From Octopus bimaculoides (lineage: Eukaryota), in NCBI RefSeq assembly GCF_001194135.2, contig NC_068983.1, positions 147,469,946 through 147,533,945 of the forward strand: DNA of 64,000 bases, read 5' to 3'. The notes under the pieces are model-generated. The model saw only the letters and a list, made by a program, of their open reading frames with translations. It ran no database searches and was not told the DNA's origin. Within the stretch, counting starts at the first letter, position 1. Every line of letters starts with the position of its first letter. This document shows positions 39,941-51,512 of the stretch, piece after piece. A program made the translations under genes and the position numbers.

Positions 39941-40053
39941 TGGAGGGTAAATCAGCCGAAACGTTGTGTTAACAATAAACAAGATGAGGGCAAATATCCT
40001 TCAAATGTAAATAATGTACATAATTCCTCATCTCTTAAATATACAACTGTATG

Positions 40054-40131
<78 letters not shown>

Positions 40132-41250
40132 AATGTGTGTGTGTGTATGTGTAGACTTCCATAAATGAACATAACAAACACAAGTGTATTCATACATAGG
40201 AAGCCCGCATGCATAAATAAAAAAAAATACCCACACGACCACACAGATACGTAGTTACGTATAATAACGAAAACATACGGAAGGAGGGAAAGAGCACAAA
40301 TGTTGAAAACGTATGTACTTCATGAAAACAAAAGGTAAAAACAAAAGTATCTCACATACTACAAGTGTCAAGATGTGGTTACGATTACATCTGATATATT
40401 GAGAGAGAGACAATTATTATTAAATCTATAAGTCTTTGTCTATTTGGCATTAATATTGGTTAGTCCACATTACTCTGTAAAGCGTACCGAGCCGGTTTCC
40501 CGGTTTCTCTGGCGTATATACTCCTCCCGAGATTATTCAATTTTACCAGCTGAGTGGACGGGAGCAACTTGAAATGAAGTGTTTTGCTTAAGAGCACAAC
40601 GTGTCGCTCGGTACAAGAAACGAAACCACAATCTTACGATCATGAGTTCAACGCCCTAATCATTGATCCATGCGCTTCCAGTTATACTTGTATAATTTCG
40701 AACGATTAGTGGTTGCTATAACAGGGGCTAAATTAGACGTAGCAGAGTAAGAAAGTTTAACGGCAGTCTAACTGAAAATCTGATAGTACTTTTGCTTTGG
40801 TTCGAAATTGTCATTAAGAATGTTGCAGAATAAATGTGCTATTTTCGTTATACCACGTAGTGTTCAGTGTTGAGATAGTCCGCTCATCCTTTTCAAGTGT
40901 ACAAATACAGAACTACATTATTTGGATAGGAGAACTGGGAAGCTTCTGATAATACGTAGCGCATATAACCTTTAAAGTAATCTCGAAAGACTGTTTATGA
41001 AAAAGAGAGAAAAGCAGAGCATCGTAACGTAATGTAGCAACCGTAGAAGACAGTGTTTGATTTTCATTTTGGAAACTGTGTTCAATTTAGAAATATAATG
41101 AGGAAAAGACTTTATGGGATTTTTCTGTAGAAACTGGTCATACTATTGAATCAAAAATGCCAGACATGAATATGGATGACAGAAAGACCCGCCATGATAG
41201 ATCGCTGACCACGACATTAAAATTTTTTTCTCCTTGTTTTTCTCCTCATT

Positions 41251-41287
41251 TCTTTCTGTTGAAGAGCGTAGCTCGAAACGTTAAAGA
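41251..41287 (+). ncRNA. Minimal type I hammerhead-like motif with a CUGUUGA core variant, inside a pLTR-like segment at 41190-41387
   Basis: TCTTT-CTGTTGA-A-GAGC-GTA-GCTC-GAAAC-GTT-AAAGA, with a perfect 5-bp stem I and 4-bp stem II. Confidence 0.65.
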
Positions 41288-41790
41288 CTTTCTCTATTCC
41301 CGAGCGTTAAACTAATACATCCTTTTGTTGTTTACACCACCTGTCCTCGTCTGTTGTTGTTTGTTTCGTAAATTCTCCCATATATATNNNNNNNNNNNNN
41401 NNNNNNNNNNNNNNNNNNNNNNNNNNNNNNNNNNNNNNNNNNNNNNNNNNNNNNNNNNNNNNNNNNNNNNNNNNNNNNNNNNNNNNNNNNNNNNNNNNNN
41501 NNNNNNNNNNNNNNNNNNNNNNNNNNNNNNNNNNNNNNNNNNNNNNNNNNNNNNNNNNNNNNNNNNNNNNNNNNNNNNNNNNNNNNNNNNNNNNNNNNNN
41601 NNNNNNNNNNNNNNNNNNNNNNNNNNNNNNNNNNNNNNNNNNNNNNNNNNNNNNNNNNNNNNNNNNNNNNNNNNNNNNNNAAGCAACGAAAATTTTAGAA
41701 AAAATAAATAAGCAAATGATTAGAAATCGAACTGGTGAGTGTGTTAATTAATAAGGTATTAAAACAGAATGACTCTCCCCAGACGCAATA

Positions 41791-41832
<42 letters not shown>

Positions 41833-41855
41833 GTGTGTGTGTGTGTGAGTGGACC

Positions 41856-41929
<74 letters not shown>

Positions 41930-42453
41930 ACATATATATATATATATATATATTGCAGAAGCAGAAAAGAATAAGTAAGTAAATAAATACATCAATAAAT
42001 ACAAAGCTTTGGCTATCTTTGGATCGGATACCAGTTCCGGCTGCATGCAAAGATAGATTATAATTAAATTGGATGGAAAGTTATACCAAGTAGGAGTCAT
42101 TATTCTGTTCCGTTTATTACTATTTAATGGTAGGTTATTATTAGTATGATATATATGTATTTATACACAAACACACACACACACATATGCACACATATGA
42201 ATATATGAATATACACATAATTGTATATGTACATGTCTTTTTTTATGGCTGGCAATATATATGTTTATATGTATTTCTTGTGAGAGAAGCATTCTAGACG
42301 TTCGTAGTGAAATATAGGAGGTTTACAATAACTACAGCATAAACACAAATGCACATTCTCTCACGAACAGTATATATATATATATATATATATAAATTAA
42401 AGTAGGTGGTCTACTTCTAGCATAATGGATGCCCACTTAGTGGTCATCCCTCT

Positions 42454-42500
<47 letters not shown>

Positions 42501-43109
42501 NNNNNNNNNNNNNNNNNNNNNNNNNNNNNNNNNNNNNNNNNNNNNNNNNNNNNNNNNNNNNNNNNNNNNNNNNNNNNNNNNNNNNNNNNNNNNNNNNNNN
42601 NNNNNNNNNNNNNNNNNNNNNNNNNNNNNNNNNNNNNNNNNNNNNNNNNNNNNNNNNNNNNNNNNNNNNNNNNNNNNNNNNNNNNNNNNNNNNNNNNNNN
42701 NNNNNNNNNNNNNNNNNNNNNNNNNNNNNNNNNNNNNNNNNNNNNNNNNNNNNNNNNNNNNNNNNNNNNNNNNNNNNNNNNNNNNNNNNNNNNNNNNNNN
42801 NNNNNNNNNNNNNNNNNNNNNNNNNNNNNNNNNNNNNNNNNNNNNNNNNNNNNNNNNNNNNNNNNNNNNNNNNNNNNNNNNNNNNNNNNNNNNNNNNNNN
42901 NNNNNNNNNNNNNNNNNNNNNNNNNNNNNNNNNNNNNNNNNNNNNNNNNNNNNNNNNNNNNNNNNNNNNNNNNNNNNNNNNNNNNNNNNNNNNNNNNNNN
43001 NNNNNNNNNNNNNNNNNNNNNNNNNNNNNNNNNNNNNNNNNNNNNNNNNNNNNNNNNNNNNNNNNNNNNNNNNNNNNNNNNNNATATACATACATACATA
43101 CATACATAT

Positions 43110-43955
43110 GCATATATGGGTAAAGGACGTCAGAAAACGTAATCAACATGAAATACGAGGGCAAAGTTGGGTATGCAAACAACGAGAGAAACAATGGAGG
43201 ACAAGACAAGTAACATTAAGAACGACCCTTCATCAGTTGTCGGCTGTTCATCTACTCCACAGTGGAGACATACAACAAACCTGATTTTTGTTACAAACTT
43301 TGTTCCTCCGCGAATCCCAAATTTTATTTTGTCTCGCGGGAGACATCCATTTCCAAGTAAGTTTATCTTAATAATTTTGATGCGACTCTACCCCGTACTG
43401 TTCTCTCTCTCCCCTTTCGTTTTCTCTCTCTCTTCCTTTCTCTAATTCTTTTTTCTCCCCTTCACCGTTCTCTCTCTCTCTCCCCTCTTCCTCCTTAACT
43501 CTCTCTCTCTCTCTCTCTCTCGTTGCTCACGCGTGACCTCGCCCATCGTTCTTTTCCTCACGTGATCATCTTTCTTTTCGTTCGGTATGTCGCACAGATC
43601 CGACGCATTCTTATCTGTCAAAGAATATTCCTTCAGTGTTCGCTACCATACCTCGTCTAGCCTAACGGCCCTCCATGTTTGTTTACGTTTGGTTTGTTGC
43701 ATGTCTCCACTGTCCTGTTTTTGTTACCACCTTTGATCCTCCACAAATCTCAAATTTTATTTTGGCTCGCGGGAGCAACTGCTTTTCGAAGCCTCATATT
43801 GCTCGAAGTGTGGAGTAAATGAATAGCCGACAACTGATGAAGGGTCGTTCTTTATGTTACTTATCTTATTTTGCATTGTTTCTCTCGTTGTTCGCATACC
43901 GAAGTCTGTCTTAGTATTTCATGTTTACGTTTTGTGACGTCCTGTACTCATATAT
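43110..43955. mobile_element. Penelope-like remnant: inverted terminal copies plus an internal direct repeat
   Basis: 43110-43262 is the reverse complement of 43809-43955; both contain GCCGACAACTGATGAAGGGTCGTTCTT. The segment at about 43280-43345 repeats directly at about 43715-43775 (AAATTTTATTTTG.CTCGCGGGAG). Confidence 0.7.
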
Positions 43956-44115
43956 GCAGATATATATATGCGTATATATGTAAGCAAGTACATATATATA
44001 TATATATATNNNNNNNNNNTATATATATATTATATATATATGTGTGTGTGTATTTGTGTATGTATATATATATGTATTATCTATATTATTATATATATGT
44101 GTGTGTGTGTATGTG

Positions 44116-44335
44116 TTTACTCTCTTTTACTCTCTTTTACTTGTTTCAGTCATTTGACTGCGGCCATGCTGGAGCACTACCTTTAGTCGAGCAAATCGAC
44201 CCCAGGACTTATTCTTTTGTTAGCCTAGTACTTATTCTATCGCTCTCTTTTGCCGAACCGCTTAGTTACGGGGACGTAAACACACCACCATCGGTTGTCA
44301 AGCAATGTTGGAGGACAAACACAGACACACAAACA
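44116..44335 (+). mobile_element. SINE, well preserved
   Basis: TACTCTCTTTTACTTGTTTCAGTCATTTGACTGCGGCCATGCTGGAGCAC...CATCGGTTGTCAAGC; several related copies occur in the window. Confidence 0.8.
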
Positions 44336-45463
44336 TATGCACACATACACACATATATATATATATACATATATACGACAGGATTCTTTCAGTTTCCGTC
44401 TACCAAATCCACTCACAAGGCTTTGGTTGGCCCGAGGCTATAGTAGAAGACACTTGCCCAAGGTGCCACGCAGTGGGACTGAACCCAGAACCATGTGGTT
44501 GGTAAGCAAGCTACTTACCACACAGCCACTCCTGTGCCTTGTGTGTGTATATTATCTATATTATATATATATATATACNNNNNNNNNNNNNNNNNNNNNN
44601 NNNNNNNNNNNNNNNNNNNNNNNNNNNNNNNNNNNNNNNNNNNNNNNNNNNNNNNNNNNNNNNNNNNNNNNNNNNNNNNNNNNNNNNNNNNNNNNNNNNN
44701 NNNNNNNNNNNNNNNNNNNNNNNNNNNNNNNNNNNNNNNNNNNNNNNNNNNNNNNNNNNNNNNNNNNNNNNNNNNNNNNNNNNNNNNNNNNNNNNNNNNN
44801 NNNNNNNNNNNNNNNNNNNNNNNNNNNNNNNNNNNNNNNNNNNNNNNNNNNNNNNNNNNNNNNNNNNNNNNNNNNNNNNNNNNNNNNNNNNNNNNNNNNN
44901 NNNNNNNNNNNNNNNNNNNNNNNNNNNNNNNNNNNNNNNNNNNNNNNNNNNNNNNNNNNNNNNNNNNNNNNNNNNNNNNNNNNNNNNNNNNNNNNNNNNN
45001 NNNNNNNNNNNNNNNNNNNNNNNNNNNNNNNNNNNNNNNNNNNNNNNNNNNNNNNNNNNNNNNNNNNNNNNNNNNNNNNNNNNNNNNNNNNNNNNNNNNN
45101 NNNNNNNNNNNNNNNNNNNNNNNNNNNNNNNNNNNNNNNNNNNNNNNNNNNNNNNNNNNNNNNNNNNNNNNNNNNNNNNNNNNNNNNNNNNNNNNNNNNN
45201 NNNNNNNNNNNNNNNNNNNNNNNNNNNNNNNNNNNNNNNNNNNNNNNNNNNNNNNNNNNNNNNNNNNNNNNNNNNNNNNNNNNNNNNNNNNNNNNNNNNN
45301 NNNNNNNNNNNNNNNNNNNNNNNNNNNNNNNNNNNNNNNNNNNNNNNNNNNNNNNNNNNNNNNNNNNNNNNNNNNNNNNNNNNNNNNNNNNNNNNNNNNN
45401 NNNNNNNNNNNNNNNNNNNNNNNNNNNNNNNNNNNNNNNNNNNNNNNNNNNNNNNNNNNNNNN

Positions 45464-45900
45464 TATATATATATATATATATTTATATATTATTTTTGTT
45501 TTTCAGAATGAGATAAAAAAACCAAGGCTGTGAAGATTTTAGAACATTTTTAAATAGAATGTCTTACAGCTGTTCCCAGGATATTTGTTATATCCCTTCA
45601 TCGGAGACGGTGTGAGGGGATAGTTAAGCAATTGTTAATTTAGGTAAGATACGAAATAGAGAGTGAAGTGGAGGAATGAAAATAGATGTGACATATGCAG
45701 GGATATTGCATTTGTAGATCAATTATTTAGGCAGAATGGTATACATATAAGATTCCAATACCCTGTGAGTAAAATCCAGTAGTATTTAAAATTGGTCATT
45801 CCAAGTATAGAGTTTCTACACAGTGCTATTGAATCAAGGGTTTTATTTAAAGTGACCTAAAAGTAGGGAATGTATTTGTAAGGTCAAATTGAAAACAGGA
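45464..45900 (-). mobile_element. Penelope-like 3' remnant next to (TA)n, with a degenerate hammerhead at 45561-45608
   Basis: Minus strand: GTCT-CCGATGA-A-GGGATAT-AACAA-ATATCCT-GGGAAC-AGCT-GTA-AGAC. Confidence 0.55.
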
Positions 45901-45940
45901 AGAGTGGAATAAAGAAAAGAGAAAAATAAGAGAAGAAGAA

Positions 45941-46434
45941 AGGACTGTGGTGTTAAAGTGTCATTACCACTACTGCTTTTATCAAAATAGCATCTGCAGT
46001 GGGGCTATCAACCACCGCTTCAAAGACCCTCTACTTTATTGGGGATAGAACTGCCTCTGATAGAGCGATCTTATTTTCTTCACGAGAGACTCATGATCCT
46101 TATTATTACTATCATTGACAGGTTCGGGGCAAAAAATAAAAAAACAGAAGGTTGGTTGGACAAGATAGGTGTTTACATTAATTATAAATATAATGCTGTG
46201 AGGGGTAAGACTAAATATGATAGTATAGTGACTATTCTGGGTAGGTTGTAGGCGTAATGCAAAGGTAACTGGCAGATTTTAGATGCTTAGTGAAGTATAT
46301 GTAAAATTTCAGTGAGTGGCGAGATAAATTTAAAAAGAAAATGACCGGATAAGGATACCTATGAATCTTTGCTGTATGAAAGCATAACAAATTGGACATT
46401 TTATTACTTTGTACAGTAAGACAGGAAATATAAA

Positions 46435-46503
<69 letters not shown>

Positions 46504-46985
46504 TTATATATATATTGCACAAAGCGATCACATGTCCAATTTGATATGCTTTCATACAGCAAAGATTCATAGGTATCTTTATCCGGTCATTTTCTTTTTA
46601 AATTTATCTCGTCACTCACTGAAATTTTACATGTACTTCACAAAGCATCTAAAATCTGACAGTTACCTTTACATTACGCCTCCAACCTACCCAGAATAGT
46701 TACTATACTATCATACCTAGTCTTACCCCTCACAGCATTATATTTATAATTAACGTAAACACCTAGTTTGTCCAACCAACCTTCTTTCTCCTTTTTGGCC
46801 TGAACCTGTCACTGATAGTAGTAATAAGGATTATGAGTCTCTCGTGAAGAAAAAGAGATTGCTCTATCGGAGGCAGTTGTACCCCAATAAAGTAGAGGGT
46901 CTTAGAAGCGGTGGTTGACAGCCCCACTGGAGATGCTATTTTGATAAAAGCAGTAGTGGTAATGACACTTTAACACCACAGTCCT
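45941..46985. repeat. Large inverted repeat: arms 45941-46399 and 46532-46985, spacer containing (TC)n
   Basis: The arms align end to end, from AGGACTGTGGTGTTAAAGTG to AAATTGGACAT, at about 90% identity by eye. Confidence 0.95.
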
Positions 46986-47129
46986 CTTTATAAATGAAAT
47001 ACTAAGCAAAAATATAATCACGACTATATTTATGAGACCGGAACCTCGAGTAAATGTCTGTTACACGGCAAGTGTTTTACTTTGCAATTGGATAAGCATA
47101 GTCGTTCTACAAACATTGCTAATTAAGAT

Positions 47130-47560
47130 AATATGGTTTCAAAACGAAAATAGAACTGTGCTGGAATACTATTTTAAAAACAGGCCTACGAATAAATGAT
47201 ACTGGAAAAGGGTGTGTGAAATATGGATAAAGAAGGGTCATGCTACCTGTCACAGAACAAAATCTTTTGCACCCACAAAAGTTAATCCTGAAGACAGTGG
47301 TTATTTTAGTTGGAATTAGAAGAGATCTCCGCAATAGTGAAAGATGAAAAACAAGATTACGTAGAAAGAGATGAAGAACTCGAACAAGAAATAGCAAAGG
47401 AAGTAATAAATTCTCAGGAGAGAATTAACAGCCCAGAGATATAGAAATTTTGCTTCTTGGGAAAAAGTGTTAAAGAGGAGGAAAGAATCTTACTGCAGCG
47501 GCTAAATTAGACACAAACTAGTGAAAAAAAGTAACTACCAGCTTTGAGAGGAATCGAAAG
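47130..47560 (+). mobile_element. Decayed N-terminal region of an R4/Dong-type ORF
   Basis: KIIWFQNENRTVLEYYFKNRPTNK*YWKRVCEIWIKKG, then a frameshifted VTEQNL, resembles the WxxEENxxVMECYYxSxP..GYxKRMxxIW..TEQRL N-terminal pattern. Confidence 0.55.
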
Positions 47561-48009
47561 GGTGAAAGGCAAGGGTCGCTCTATCGGGGGCAGTTCTACC
47601 TCAAAGAGTAGAGGGCCTTTGAAGCAGTGGCTGACAGCTCCCTGGAGGGGGTATCTTGATAATAGCAGTAGTGGTTGTGACACTTAAACGCACAGACCTT
47701 TTTATAAATGAAATACTAAGCAAAAAATATAATCATAATTGTACTAGGAACCTCGAGTAAATGTCTGTCGCACGGTAAGTGTTTTACTTTGTAATCAGGT
47801 AAACATAGTCGTTGTCCAAACACTAGGAAGGGTGAAAGGCAAAGTCAATTCTGTTGACATTTGAACCCAAAACGTGAAGACGGACGAAATGCTGTTAAGC
47901 ACTTTGTCCAGCATGCTGATAATTCCGCCAGTGCGTCGCCTTAACAAGAAGAAGAAGAAGAACAATAACAATAATAATAATCAAAAGAACCTAAGAAACA
48001 ATAATGATA

Positions 48010-48720
48010 ATAATGAAAGGAACTCTTAAAAAGAGACCGACAGCACGATACTGTCAGCGCAAGACCAAGCTTTGGCCACTAACTGGAGAGTCAACCTTTG
48101 GAATGATCACGTGTCTCCGCTGTGCTGCATCTGTAAAAGAGTGGATGAAACCATTGCTCATATCACGAACGAATGCCCTAGACTTACCCAAAACTGCTAC
48201 AAGTTGTGGTGACACGATTAGATAGCGAAAGTGCTACATTGGAAATTGTGCAAAAAGTGGGGGCTAGAGAGAGGCAAGACGTATTATGAGCAGAAACCAT
48301 AGAGGGTGGCGGAGTCAGACACCAGCAAAATCCTCTGGGACTTCCCAATCCAAACAGATCAGGTGCTAGAGCATAACAGACCGGATCTAGTGATGGTGAA
48401 CAAGGTGCACCACATATGCTATATAGTTGATACTGCATGCCCCTTTGACTCACAAATAGTCAAGAAGCAAGGCGAAAAGAGAGATAGATACAACCCTCTT
48501 AAGTACGAAATAGCCCGGCTATGGAAAATGAAGATGGTGAAGATAGTGCCAATCATTGTTGGGTCCTTGGGAACAGTATCAGAAGGCATCAAGAGGAATA
48601 TAAAGGAAACTAGAATAGAATGCACAGTAGAACTGTTACAAAAGGTTTGCCTCCTTGGACGGCCAGAATAACCAGGAATGTATTAGATAGCTGAAAAGAA
48701 AGAATAGCATGGTACCGTAG
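48010..48720 (+). mobile_element. R4/Dong-type LINE fragment: zinc knuckle and RLE domain
   Basis: CCICKRVDETIAHITNEC (CCHC), then KILWDFPIQTDQVLEHNRPDLVMV...VDTACPFD...KYEIARLWKM..VPIIVGSLG..LQKVCLLG. Confidence 0.9.
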
Positions 48721-48766
48721 GTTGCAGGTAGTAAACCCGCAACGCATGCAAGACTCCAGGAGCTCC

Positions 48767-48799
<33 letters not shown>

Positions 48800-48809
48800 C
48801 AAAGGCATT

Positions 48810-49300
48810 AAGGCATGGGCTGTACATGTGATATGTTACTGCTCAGGAGTTGTGGAATAGACAAAAGAAGAACTGATCAACATAGACAGAAAAAATTCGG
48901 AAGGTCAATGTTATGCATGTGTGCCTTCGTACTTGAAGTAACGTAGGAAAGAAAGGTGGATGGGGATGGATGGAGTAGAGGATGGTATTGCGAAGGAGAT
49001 CAAGTCCTTGCATGGCTGTCTGAGGAAAACTGATAAAAGAATGTTGCATGTTACACTGAGTGAGAAGCTGATCGGTGAGATCCTTCAGGAGTACAATATG
49101 AGGAATAGTAGAGCAAAGATAATCATCTGGAAAGTTCTACACGGAAAGTTTTTTCCAATAAACATCGGATGAAGCCGAGGAAGCCTCCTAGAAATGGTTA
49201 AGAGATGGCTTTTTTGAAAAAAAAAATCGGAAGGACTGATTGTTGCTGCTCAAAGGCAAGCTTTACGAACCAACTCAATCAAAGGCTGCAAATAAAATAC
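48810..49300 (+). mobile_element. Decayed R4/Dong-type fragment, post-RT region
   Basis: Broken frames contain KEELINID, GGWGMDGVED, KVLHGKF and EGLIVAAQRQALRTNSIK. Confidence 0.65.
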
Positions 49301-49443
49301 TATTAGGAAGTATTCAGTTAGCAGCAATACTTTAAAGATCTCGTGTTGGGAAAAGTGTTGGGACTCTAACCTGCGGGATAGAGCTGAGATGTGACAGAGA
49401 TAAATCAGAAGTTAAGTGAATGATGATGACAATGATGATAATG

Positions 49444-49477
<34 letters not shown>

Positions 49478-49491
49478 TAATAATAACAATG

Positions 49492-49549
<58 letters not shown>

Positions 49550-49555
49550 TAATAG

Positions 49556-51512
<1,957 letters not shown>

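Larger units (their letters stand above)
39016..42070 (+). repeat. Old local tandem duplication: blocks 39016-39315 and 39454-39535 recur as 40872-41190 and 41955-42070
   Basis: Shared anchors include AGTGTACAAATACAG, GAGGAAAAGA(C)TTTATGGGATTT, GCAGAAGCAGAAA and TTGGCTATCTT..GATC.GATACCAG. Identity is about 75% by eye. Confidence 0.85.
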
